This document shows positions 35,864 to 45,058 of a DNA stretch of 64,000 bases, piece after piece. Source of the DNA: Planctomycetota bacterium (GTDB taxonomy: Bacteria; Planctomycetota; UBA8108; UBA1146); assembly GCA_012960845.1 (NCBI GenBank), contig DUAN01000189.1, positions 2,942 to 66,941 on the forward strand, read 5' to 3'. The stretch's first letter is position 1. Each line of letters starts with the position of its first letter. Both the position numbers and the translations under genes were made by a program. Under the pieces are notes generated by a model. That model was not told the origin of the DNA, ran no database searches, and saw nothing but the letters and a program-made list of their open reading frames with translations.

Positions 35864-36793
35864 TCAGCGACTCCAGGATTCCCACCAACGGATGAAGCCA
35901 TCCCCCAGCACCTTATCGACAGCACTCCGAGGTATTCCACCTTGGTGGAGTCTATCGGCCAGAGAGTCCAGATCACGATGATCGCGAAAGCCCTGCGGCG
36001 TTTGATCGATCCCATCCAGGTCGGTTCCGAGACCCACCTGGTCTTCGCCGAGAATCTCGAGTAGATGCAGCACGTGTCGTGTCACGGTTTCCAGAGTGAT
36101 GGTCTGATCCTTCGGTCCGAGAAAAGGAGGATACAGGTTGACCCCAACCATCCCTCCACGACTCCCGATCATCTCGATCAAATCGTCCGTCAGGTTTCGA
36201 GGATGATCATGAATTTCTCGGACATTGGAATGAGTCGCGATGACGGTCGCTCCAGAAGCACAAACATCGATGACTCCCTCTCGATTCAGATGCGAAACAT
36301 CGACGGCCCACCCCAGTTCTGTCGCCAGTCCGATCGCTTCCGTACCGAAAGGAGTCAACCCTCCGTGATCATCTTGCATGACACCTTGGCCCAATAAATT
36401 AGCACCATTCCAGGTCACCCCAAGAATCCTCACCCCTCTTCGGTGGAGATCCTCGATCCTGGTCAGATCCTCCTCGAGACAGGAAGCATTCTCGATGGTC
36501 GCCAGCAATCCCGTGACTCCTTCAGGCAAGGCGGCCAGTTCGACAGGGTCAGTGACCATCTGGAACGGCTCTTCACCACTCTCGTGCAAGCGATCACGGA
36601 CATCGAGCAGGCGATTACAATGCCCCCAAGGATCAGGATTCAGATCTTCAGTGAATACTGCAGTGCAGAGCAATCGAACCGCACCCGCACGACATCGTGG
36701 AGCATCTACTTGCAACTCATCTCGTCGAGGATAAAGGCCACCGCCCTTCTCCTCGAGTCGCCACAGTGTATCCACATGCAAATCAGCTCTCAT
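35864..36793 (-). CDS. Membrane (renal-type) dipeptidase, peptidase M19
   Basis: DLHVDT, TIEN, GLTPFG, DVSH, THSN, HPRNL.D, GLGTDLDG. Confidence 0.9.
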   Translation of the reverse strand: MRADLHVDTLWRLEEKGGGLYPRRDELQVDAPRCRAGAVRLLCTAVFTEDLNPDPWGHCNRLLDVRDRLHESGEEPFQMVTDPVELAALPEGVTGLLATIENASCLEEDLTRIEDLHRRGVRILGVTWNGANLLGQGVMQDDHGGLTPFGTEAIGLATELGWAVDVSHLNREGVIDVCASGATVIATHSNVREIHDHPRNLTDDLIEMIGSRGGMVGVNLYPPFLGPKDQTITLETVTRHVLHLLEILGEDQVGLGTDLDGIDQTPQGFRDHRDLDSLADRLHQGGIPRSAVDKVLGDGFIRWWESWSR

Positions 36794-38310
36794 CGGTCCT
36801 CCCGATTACTGAGGCGCCACTCTCCCATGCTCAACACATCGACCAACTGGGCATCCGCAAGGCAACGTACTCTGGAAGGATCTTCTGCGCCGATCACCTG
36901 GAGATCGGCGACGCTTCCCGGATCGAGTGTACCCCACCCCGAAGGAAGCATGTTTGCAAATGCGGCAGAGGAAGTCCTCCAGCGAAACGCCTTCTCGAAA
37001 GACACTCTTTGCTGAGGATAGAAAGCTACGCCTTCACCGTTGCGATCGAGGCGGGTGACCGCCGCAGCAATATCCAACCAGGGGTCCGCACTTTCGATGG
37101 GTGCGTCCGAGCCCATGACGATGGGGATACCAGCCTCATCGATGGACTTCAGTGCCAGTGCGTGAGCGGCACGGGAGCCCCATCGGCTACGGAGAATCTG
37201 TCGATCCTCAAAAAGATGACACGGTTGCATCGATGCGATGGTTCCTGTTCTTCGAATGGAGGCCAGATCTTCAGGATCAAAACACTGAAAGTGTTCGATA
37301 CGATCAGGCAAGTCGGTTCCGCGCAGGTCACGAGTGAACTGGATCCAGCGGTTCGCTTCCGCCACCGCCGCATCACCGATGGCATGGATCGCCAGTGCCC
37401 ATCCATGCTTTGCAGCGAGCCGTGCAGTACGCTCGAGGCTCGCGGCAGACCTTCGCTCGACACCCAGGTTGCCCGGATCGTCGTCGTATCCAGATTTCAT
37501 CCAGGCGGTCCTCGAACCGAGGGTCCCGTCGAGGAATATCTTGATCCAGGGAATGGCGAAGGAACTGTCTTCCTTCCCCTCCGGCAGACAACTCCCACCT
37601 CCATCGAGTACCTCTAGAAATTGAGCTTCAGGCATACCATGGCGAATACGAACGCCGAGTTGATCGGCAGCATTCTCACGACGAAGCAGATCGATGGAAT
37701 CGCCACGATCAAATGTCGTGGCTGCGGTGATCCCTCGGTGCAGCAGCCACCGCGATGCTGCATGTGCATCCTCCAGTGGAGGCTGGCCGATGGCCGCCCA
37801 GACCAGTTCAGCATCCTGTTCCGTCACGACACCGGAGTGTTGGGAAGGGTCGATCCCCGCCGCCTGCAACGCAGCGGAAGACGCCAGCGCTCTGTGATGA
37901 TCAGAGTTCCACAGGAATACCGTCCAGTCGGGAAGGACTGCGTCGAGAAAACGACGGGGGTCCGGTAGTAGTTGCTCGCTGAGCGGATCTTTCCAGCCAT
38001 GCCCGACCACCCGGCTCTCACCGACACTATCCTGAGCATGATTGGCCAGGAGAGCACGGACCGATTCCGCAGGCAGTTGGGAGAGGTCGAGTTGGCGAGC
38101 ATGCTCAAGGGAATACAACAAGTGCAGATGACTATCGACAAATGCCGGAAGCACCCAGAGACCATCGAGATCTCTTACCTGTGCATTCGTAGCATCTCCC
38201 GAACCGGCATTGCTCCAGCGAGTAATCACTCCGTCATCGATGCGAAGATCGTATCGAGTGTCGGGATCACCCGGAAACCTCTTCACGCCTTGTAGTAACC
38301 AGGCGCCCAC
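36790..38310 (-). CDS. Amidohydrolase family 3 (YtcJ-like)
   Basis: LPAFVDSHLH, KIFLDGTLGSRTA, IHAIGD, RIEH, ASMQP.H, GSDAP, GSVADL; GGAGG RBS; ATGA coupling to the dipeptidase gene. Confidence 0.9.
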   Translation of the reverse strand: MGAWLLQGVKRFPGDPDTRYDLRIDDGVITRWSNAGSGDATNAQVRDLDGLWVLPAFVDSHLHLLYSLEHARQLDLSQLPAESVRALLANHAQDSVGESRVVGHGWKDPLSEQLLPDPRRFLDAVLPDWTVFLWNSDHHRALASSAALQAAGIDPSQHSGVVTEQDAELVWAAIGQPPLEDAHAASRWLLHRGITAATTFDRGDSIDLLRRENAADQLGVRIRHGMPEAQFLEVLDGGGSCLPEGKEDSSFAIPWIKIFLDGTLGSRTAWMKSGYDDDPGNLGVERRSAASLERTARLAAKHGWALAIHAIGDAAVAEANRWIQFTRDLRGTDLPDRIEHFQCFDPEDLASIRRTGTIASMQPCHLFEDRQILRSRWGSRAAHALALKSIDEAGIPIVMGSDAPIESADPWLDIAAAVTRLDRNGEGVAFYPQQRVSFEKAFRWRTSSAAFANMLPSGWGTLDPGSVADLQVIGAEDPSRVRCLADAQLVDVLSMGEWRLSNREDR

Positions 38311-38326
38311 TCACACCTCCAGCATG

Positions 38327-38363
38327 AAAAAAGGGGGACGATCCTGACTGGACCGTCCCCCTT
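38327..38363 (-). terminator. Rho-independent terminator after pnp
   Basis: Minus strand AAGGGGGACGGTC-CAGTCAG-GATCGTCCCCCTT followed by a T-run. Confidence 0.85.
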
Positions 38364-38378
38364 GAAATGCGTTGCTGA

Positions 38379-40604
38379 TCAGCGACGACCTCCGCGGTCG
38401 CCTCCGCGATCACGGCCTCCGCGGTCACGGCCTCCGCCACCACCACGATCGGGTCGTCCACGCTGGCCAGAATCTCCTGAAGCCACGGTGGCATCCAGTT
38501 TGCCTTCGTCGATGAGAACGGCCTTGTGGGAGAGTCGAAGTCGACCCTGTGGATCACTCTCGAGGACCTTGACCCTGAGAGAATCGCCACGCTTCACCAC
38601 CGAGGAAACGTCATCGACGAAGTCACCGGAAAGCTCCGAAACATGGACCAGGCCTTCCTGGCCCGGCAATACCTCGACGAAGCAGCCGAAGTCCTTGATC
38701 GAAACCACCTTGCCATCGTAGGTACGTCCCACTTCGACATCCTGAGTGATCATCTCGATCTGCTCACGAGCTTCGTTGGCACTGTCGTAATCTTTACCCC
38801 AGATGGTGATGACCCCGGAATCGACGATCTCGATGGTCGCACCGGTCGCTTCCTGGATTCCCTTGATCACCTTGCCACCAGGGCCGATCACCAGACCGAT
38901 CTTTTCGGGATCGATGTTGATACGCATGATCTTGGGCGCCAGCGGAGATACTTCATCCCGTGGACGATCCAACTTCTTGAGCATCTCACGAAGAATGTGC
39001 AATCGTCCCTCACGGGCCTGCTCGAGGGCACGTCCCATCAGTTCGCGACTGAGTCCAGAAATTTTCACATCCATCTGGAGAGCAGTGATTCCCTTCTGGG
39101 AACCCGCCACTTTGAAGTCCATGTCTCCGTTGTGGTCCTCACTGCCGAGGATGTCGGAGAGGATGTAATGATCACTTCCATCTTCGATCAATCCCATGGC
39201 GATTCCGGCGACCGGACGCTTGAGTGGTACTCCAGCGTCCATCAGTGCCAGCGTTCCACCACAGACACTCGCCATCGACGAGGATCCATTGGATTCCGTG
39301 ATGTCACTGACGATACGAATGGTGTAAGGGAAATCGTCGTGATCGGGAAGGATGTGACGGATGGATCTTTCTGCCAGGGCTCCATGGCCGATCTCTCGGC
39401 GCTTGGGGCCACGATTGGGCCATGATTCTCCGACACAGTATCCAGGGAAGTTGTAGTGCAGCATGAAGTGTTCTTTTTTCTCGTCGATCAGTCCATCAAC
39501 TCTCTGCTCGTCAAAGGATGTACCGAGAGTTGCAGTGACGATCGCCTGAGTCTCACCTCGGGTGAACAATGCCGAACCATGGGTTCTCGGTAGCAGTTGT
39601 AAATCCGTATCGATGTTGCGAATGTCGGTAAATGAACGGCCATCACTTCGCTTTTTGTCCTCGATGATGATGTCGCGCTCAACCTTTTTCTTGACCGATG
39701 AGAGAAACTTCTTGACCGCCTTCGGGTCGTTCTCGCAGGTTTCCGCTTCTAACTGGTCCTTCGGGCAGAGTTGCTCGAAGACATCATCGCAGACAGCAGA
39801 CATCGCATTGGATCGGGCGAACTTTCCATCGGTGTGAATCACCGCGCGGACACCGTCATAGGCCATCGAAAAGACCTTGGACTTCAACTCCTCGTCCACC
39901 TCTGGAGCCACGAACTCGATCTTCGGCTTACCAGCAAGTTTGGCAAACTCGGACACCATCGAAACCACCTCGATGGAGACCGCGTGGGCTTTTTCCAAAG
40001 CATCGATCATCTCGGCTTCAGCCACTTCCTTGGCTCCAGCTTCGACCATCACGATTGCGTCTTCAGTTCCTGCAACCACCAGATCGATATCACCCTGATC
40101 ACGCTGTTGATGGGTCGGGTTGATGACCAGTTCTCCATCCACTCGCCCGATTCGGACCGCTCCGATGGGGCCCTGGAAGGGCAACTCCGAGATGGAGAGT
40201 GCCGAGGAGGCGGCGATCATCGCCAGGATATCTGGATCGTTCTCACGATCTGCGGAAAGAACCGCCACCGTCACCATCACGTCCTTCATGTATCCATCCG
40301 GGAACAGAGGACGCACCGGGCGGTCGATCAGCCTGGAAGTCAGCACTTCCTTGGTCGTCGGACGACCTTCACGCTTGAAGAATCCACCTGGGATTTTTCC
40401 TGCAGCGTAGTTATTCTCTCGATAATCGACCGTCAAGGGGAAGAAGTCTCCGCCCCAGCGGGGTTCGCCCCAGGTCACTGCGCAGAAAACCGCGCAATCG
40501 CCGCAGCGAACGATGGTCGAACCTGCCGCTTGCTTCGCAATTTCTCCGGTTTCGATACTGATGGTACGACCACCAATCTCCCGGCTAACAATATGTTTCA
40601 TCAA
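38379..40604 (-). CDS. pnp: Polyribonucleotide nucleotidyltransferase (PNPase) with RGG-rich tail
   Basis: DFFPLTVDY, GKIPGGFFKREG, RTHGSALFTRGETQ, SNGSSSMAS, GDMDFKVAG, KH (IGPGGK) and S1 (GLVHVSE) domains. Confidence 0.98.
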   Translation of the reverse strand: MMKHIVSREIGGRTISIETGEIAKQAAGSTIVRCGDCAVFCAVTWGEPRWGGDFFPLTVDYRENNYAAGKIPGGFFKREGRPTTKEVLTSRLIDRPVRPLFPDGYMKDVMVTVAVLSADRENDPDILAMIAASSALSISELPFQGPIGAVRIGRVDGELVINPTHQQRDQGDIDLVVAGTEDAIVMVEAGAKEVAEAEMIDALEKAHAVSIEVVSMVSEFAKLAGKPKIEFVAPEVDEELKSKVFSMAYDGVRAVIHTDGKFARSNAMSAVCDDVFEQLCPKDQLEAETCENDPKAVKKFLSSVKKKVERDIIIEDKKRSDGRSFTDIRNIDTDLQLLPRTHGSALFTRGETQAIVTATLGTSFDEQRVDGLIDEKKEHFMLHYNFPGYCVGESWPNRGPKRREIGHGALAERSIRHILPDHDDFPYTIRIVSDITESNGSSSMASVCGGTLALMDAGVPLKRPVAGIAMGLIEDGSDHYILSDILGSEDHNGDMDFKVAGSQKGITALQMDVKISGLSRELMGRALEQAREGRLHILREMLKKLDRPRDEVSPLAPKIMRINIDPEKIGLVIGPGGKVIKGIQEATGATIEIVDSGVITIWGKDYDSANEAREQIEMITQDVEVGRTYDGKVVSIKDFGCFVEVLPGQEGLVHVSELSGDFVDDVSSVVKRGDSLRVKVLESDPQGRLRLSHKAVLIDEGKLDATVASGDSGQRGRPDRGGGGGRDRGGRDRGGDRGGRR

Positions 40605-40805
40605 TCCTCCTGGCAGACACTGCTGCCTAGACGCCCCTGCGTCTTCTTCTAACTTTTCTAACTTTATTCAATTACTTCTGATTTGAAATCGTGCTGGAAA
40701 GGAGGACTCCGATCACCACATCCATCCGTGGCAAGTTGGCCACGAGACGCTTTGCAGGAAGGTCATCGACTCGATCTTTGAGTCCACACGCTGGGAGAGG
40801 TCGGG

Positions 40806-41075
40806 CTAACGACGCAATCCGAGGGCTTCGATCAAACTCCGGTATCCAGGGCGATTTTTGCGCATCAAGTACTGGAGGAGACGCTTACGCTTTCCCACCA
40901 AGATGAGCAGGCCGCGCTGACTCGCATAGTCCTTCTTCCGAGAACGAAGATGCTCCGTGATATTACGGATTCTCTCCGTCAAGATCGCAACCTGGACCTG
41001 GACCGATCCCTTGTCGTTTTCCGAAGTACGGTACTCTTCAATCAATGCGGTCTTACGTTCTGCTGTAATGCTCAT
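40806..41075 (-). CDS. rpsO: 30S ribosomal protein S15
   Basis: 89 aa from ATG 41075: [41 protein letters not shown]...LGLRR; upstream of pnp. Confidence 0.97.
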   Translation of the reverse strand: MSITAERKTALIEEYRTSENDKGSVQVQVAILTERIRNITEHLRSRKKDYASQRGLLILVGKRKRLLQYLMRKNRPGYRSLIEALGLRR

Positions 41076-41189
41076 TTGTCGATGCAACCCTGTCTGTATC
41101 TGACCCATCTGTCGATGAACTAAAAATCCTGTGACCGCACTCCACCCGCGGCTCGCCGCGACGGCTCGATCCAACCAGACCAGTCGTGG

Positions 41190-41217
41190 ATGCTACAGGG
41201 AGGCCCCGGAAGGGCAA
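41190..41217 (-). promoter_or_regulatory. Putative sigma70 promoter for rpsO-pnp
   Basis: Minus strand TTGCCC-N16-TAGCAT, about 115 nt upstream of rpsO. Confidence 0.45.
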
Positions 41218-41259
41218 GACAATGTAGGCCTCTGGAGGCTAAAAGTGACGGAAACGGCT

Positions 41260-41691
41260 CTATTTTGGCCGATCCGCCGCCTCAATCAGTCCCGGAGGAT
41301 CGGGGTGCAAGGGCATACCCGCATCGAGGTAGCACTGGAGCAAGATCGCAGCCGCCTTCTCGTCGACTCCCAAAGAGGTTCCGACCTTCTCCGCCTGGGA
41401 TGAAGTGAGGCGCTCATCCCATAACTGAATCGGCAGATCGAGTTGTTCTCGTAACCACCTCACCAGTTGCAACGATCGAATCGCCATCGGCCCGAAGGAG
41501 CCGTCCATGTTGCGCGGCATTCCGATCAGGACTCCCTCCACGCCAAATTCCTGGTCCGCAACCTTGATCCATTGGACCAGTTCCACTCGAGTGGCGACCA
41601 CCCCTCTGGGAGTGGCCAGCACTCCGAGCGGATCTCCCCGGGAAATCCCGATTCTTTTCTCACCGGGGTCGACTCCGATCCAGACGCTCAT
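41260..41691 (-). CDS. yqgF: YqgF/RuvX family nuclease (pre-16S rRNA processing)
   Basis: IGVDPGEKRIGIS.GD, GMPRNMDG, WDERLTS, VDEKAAAILLQ.YLD; start at ATG 41691 (ATGA overlap). Confidence 0.92.
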   Translation of the reverse strand: MSVWIGVDPGEKRIGISRGDPLGVLATPRGVVATRVELVQWIKVADQEFGVEGVLIGMPRNMDGSFGPMAIRSLQLVRWLREQLDLPIQLWDERLTSSQAEKVGTSLGVDEKAAAILLQCYLDAGMPLHPDPPGLIEAADRPK

Positions 41692-42884
41692 CGGCTTTCT
41701 CCCTCGAGTGATCCCGGTACCTGCAACACATCTCGCCATCGTGCCGACCCGATCTCATCCTCGGTCGCCACCAGCACCAGGTCAGGAGACACCGCCACCA
41801 GTCCCCCTCTTGCCGAGATCACCTGAAGCAAGATATCCCCCTCCACCAGGCAAATCAGTTGCTGGCAATCGACCAAGGCATCGGAAAACTCGATCGAGCC
41901 GTCGCCATCTTCTCGCATATCCACGATGACACGATTACCACTCGAAACCAGTTTCAATGCCCCGGTTCCGACCAGTACCAGTCGACGCAAGCCATCGCTT
42001 TCCAGTGTGGAGGCCTCAGCACGGACGCAGATGGGCGAACCCGAGGGGATGGGTTCGGTCGCCGATGTTTCGATGTGAAATCTGAGGTTCTCCTGCTCGT
42101 CGACAGGATGCCAGCGTCGAAGTGCTGGCCAGGAGCCCAGATCGTGCCACATCGGATCCATCCGGGCGACCATCAGATGGGGTTGGATCTGTTCCCGCGA
42201 TAAGAGCAAGTGATCGAGGGAAAGCGCAGGGATCTGCTCCTTCCCCGAAAATCGAGAATCCCCTGGCTGCTGCAGTATCTTGGCCACCAGTTCGAGCAAG
42301 AATTGAGCTCGAAAGAGCAACACACCACAGTTCCTCAAGGCTCCAGCCTCGTCGAGCCGTGCCTGATCGATGGCCGCTGGCTTCTCTATAAACTCGAGCA
42401 CCTTAGAAACCGATTCGAGGCAAGCCGGGACGATCGAACCGAAACCACTATCCGATGGACCCTCTGAACCAAACAACCATACCCGATCCCCTGCAGAATC
42501 CGCTTCATCGATGGTTTCCTTCATGACCTGTAAATATCGATCGGGATCTTCCACATGATGGTCTGCCGGAAACACCAGGATCATCGCTTCTGGATCTCGT
42601 TCTGCAATCGATGTCACTGCCGCCACGATGGCAGGTGCAGTATTACGCCCCACCGGCTCCTCGATGAACTGGCACGGTCCAGCCCAATCGATCAGGCCTG
42701 GTCCAGCGACCAGATGAATCTTCTCCATGGATGTCAATTGCGAGGCTCGGTGGATGGTCTGTTCGAGCAGGGAACTGTCATTCAACAGTGGCAGGCAAGG
42801 CTTCGGACGATCCTTGCGACTCCAGGGCCAGAGACGTTGCCCACTTCCACCCGCCAGGATGACCACATGTAATGCATCACTCAT
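41688..42884 (-). CDS. manC: Mannose-1-phosphate guanylyltransferase (no cupin isomerase domain)
   Basis: VILAGGSGQRLWPWSR..PKP, EPVGRNTAPA, PADH, FIEKP, SLDH, WHDLGSW. Confidence 0.85.
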   Translation of the reverse strand: MSDALHVVILAGGSGQRLWPWSRKDRPKPCLPLLNDSSLLEQTIHRASQLTSMEKIHLVAGPGLIDWAGPCQFIEEPVGRNTAPAIVAAVTSIAERDPEAMILVFPADHHVEDPDRYLQVMKETIDEADSAGDRVWLFGSEGPSDSGFGSIVPACLESVSKVLEFIEKPAAIDQARLDEAGALRNCGVLLFRAQFLLELVAKILQQPGDSRFSGKEQIPALSLDHLLLSREQIQPHLMVARMDPMWHDLGSWPALRRWHPVDEQENLRFHIETSATEPIPSGSPICVRAEASTLESDGLRRLVLVGTGALKLVSSGNRVIVDMREDGDGSIEFSDALVDCQQLICLVEGDILLQVISARGGLVAVSPDLVLVATEDEIGSARWRDVLQVPGSLEGESR

Positions 42885-43686
42885 CGTCCAGGTACCCCTG
42901 CAGTGCGGATTTCAATCGATCGACACCCTTGGCTCGAGGCTGAAGTCTCATGAACTCCTTGAAGTGCTTGGACGCCTCCACCTTCATCTCCATCTCGAGG
43001 TAGCAACTGGCTCTTTTCTTGGCGACTTCCGCATGACCGGCCCGATCGAGTCCAAGGACCTCTGCTCGACGCAGATATTCCAGACCGACTCGGGGATCGA
43101 GCCGTCCCGTCGTGCGCTTTAACAGCAACTTCTTGGCTCGTTCCAGGGCTTCTGAGTAACAGGGACGTTTGACATTCCGGGTCTGCTCGACTCGAATCAA
43201 TTCCTCGAACCACTCCAGTGCACCATTCCAGTTCTTGCGTCCTTCATCGATCTCCCCCAGCAAGAAGCATGCATCGACGAACTCACCGGAATCGAGGTGA
43301 TTCCTGAGCAATAAGCGACTTCCAGGCTCCAGTTCCGCCAGCCGCTCGAGGGCCTCTTCGTTGCGCTGTTCCAGCAACAGGTAGAAAACAGATCTCACGC
43401 GCGCCGCCGGCCTGCCACTTTCTGTGACATGAGGAATGGAGGAGAGCTTCGGATCCTTTCCGGCGACGATCTTCCACATGTTGTCGTAAGAATCGCGGCG
43501 ATCATTATCGGAGAGAACTTCGAACGCCAGTAGTAGCGATCGCATCTCATCCGGATCCTTCGGATGTTCAGTCTTGTCGGGGTGGATCTCCAGCAAGCGT
43601 TTACGAAAAGCTAAACGGATCTCTTCTTCCCTGCAATCGGGATCGACACCGAGTATCAGGTAATGATCTGTGAATCCGTCCCTCAA
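42877..43686 (-). CDS. DnaJ-domain protein with TPR repeats
   Basis: DHYLILGV...EIRLAFRK...HPDK...AFEVLSD..RR..YD, then TPR-like helices. Confidence 0.88.
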   Translation of the reverse strand: MRDGFTDHYLILGVDPDCREEEIRLAFRKRLLEIHPDKTEHPKDPDEMRSLLLAFEVLSDNDRRDSYDNMWKIVAGKDPKLSSIPHVTESGRPAARVRSVFYLLLEQRNEEALERLAELEPGSRLLLRNHLDSGEFVDACFLLGEIDEGRKNWNGALEWFEELIRVEQTRNVKRPCYSEALERAKKLLLKRTTGRLDPRVGLEYLRRAEVLGLDRAGHAEVAKKRASCYLEMEMKVEASKHFKEFMRLQPRAKGVDRLKSALQGYLDDE

Positions 43687-44135
43687 TTGACTGCCTCACG
43701 TTCGATCCAGAAGGTGACCGGCCCATCGTTGACCAGGTGCACTTTCATGTCGGCTCCGAAGCGTCCCGTGTCCACACGGGAAATCCCCAGTTGAAGTAAG
43801 TTCTCGACAAATTTCTCGAACAACGGTTCCGCCTGTCCAGGTTCCAGAGCGTCGATGAAGGAGGGGCGACGCCCCTTTCGACAATCTCCATACAAGGTGA
43901 ATTGACTCACTGCCAGGATGCCCCCCTCGACCTGGGTTAGATCGAGATTCATCTGCCCTTCGGCATCGGAAAAGATCCGAAGCCCGGCGACCTTGCGGGC
44001 CATCCAATCGATCTCCATCGGACCATCCCCTGCACCGAGGCCAACCAGCAGTAATAGCCCGGTATCGACGGAACCGACCGTTTGCCCATCCACCTCGACC
44101 CGTGCTTCCAGAACTCGCTGTACCAGTACGCGCAC
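43683..44135 (-). CDS. dtd: D-aminoacyl-tRNA deacylase
   Basis: MRVLVQRV, LRIF, VSQFTL, KGRRPSF, GRFGADM.V.LVNDGPVT. Confidence 0.97.
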   Translation of the reverse strand: MRVLVQRVLEARVEVDGQTVGSVDTGLLLLVGLGAGDGPMEIDWMARKVAGLRIFSDAEGQMNLDLTQVEGGILAVSQFTLYGDCRKGRRPSFIDALEPGQAEPLFEKFVENLLQLGISRVDTGRFGADMKVHLVNDGPVTFWIEREAVN

Positions 44136-44197
44136 ATCACCTCCAAGTTCATCCAGCGATGATATCAGGAATCGAGATGGCCAGGAGGAGAACCTGG

Positions 44198-45058
44198 CTA
44201 GGTGGTCAAATCGGGCCCCTCAACGACATCGTGGCAGAAGGAGCCATCCGACGTTTCGGCAATATCGACGCTGCGGAAAGATGTCGGTCTTCCCGAGGAG
44301 GGGTCGACCGTGAGCAACACGCCACAGAGGTGAGCATTCTTTTCGGCAACCGTGAAGGGAGCATGCATCGAAGTGAGAAACTTGTGAAGTACCGGCTTCG
44401 CGTCGCGCCCGATGACTCCATCGTAGGGCCCGGTCATTCCCATATCGGTAAGATAACCGGTTCCTCCCGGGAGGATTCTCGCATCGGCAGTCAGCACATG
44501 AGTGTGAGTGCCGACCACTGCTGTGACACGGCCATCGAAGTGCCATCCGGCAGCCTGCTTCTCGCTGGTCGCCTCTGCGTGGAACTCGACGATACGGATC
44601 TTCACCTCTTCGGGGATTTCCTTCAGAACTGCATCGACGGTGCGGAATGGACAAGAGACCAAGTCCATGAAGACTCGTCCCAGAACGATGACGTGAGCCA
44701 CCGGCACTCCAGCGGCGGTCTCCACCACTGACCATCCCGTGCCCAGAGCCTCGTCAGGGTAATTGTGAGGGCGCAGGCAGAGTGGTTCTTTCTCCAGCAC
44801 TTCGAGGTTATCCCTGCGTTTCCACGCATGATCCCCGAGCGTCATCAGGTCGATCCCAGCTGTTCGAAGATCGGCAAAGATCTTGGGAGTAATCCCTGAT
44901 CCCGCTGCAGAATTCTCGGCATTGGCGATGACCAGATCGAGATCGAGTGACTCCCGCAGGCCTGGCAGCATTCCTTGCACAATATTCCTGCCTGGCTTGC
45001 CGACGATATCACCGATCAGCAAGATTCGAATGTCGGAACCATCAGCGGGCATACTCAA
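44198..45058 (-). CDS. ymdB: YmdB-like (TIGR00282) metallophosphoesterase
   Basis: IGDIVGKPGR, NAEN, HAEATSEK, GTHTHV.TAD, TDMGMTG; directly downstream of rny (start could be ATG 45052). Confidence 0.93.
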   Translation of the reverse strand: MSMPADGSDIRILLIGDIVGKPGRNIVQGMLPGLRESLDLDLVIANAENSAAGSGITPKIFADLRTAGIDLMTLGDHAWKRRDNLEVLEKEPLCLRPHNYPDEALGTGWSVVETAAGVPVAHVIVLGRVFMDLVSCPFRTVDAVLKEIPEEVKIRIVEFHAEATSEKQAAGWHFDGRVTAVVGTHTHVLTADARILPGGTGYLTDMGMTGPYDGVIGRDAKPVLHKFLTSMHAPFTVAEKNAHLCGVLLTVDPSSGRPTSFRSVDIAETSDGSFCHDVVEGPDLTT

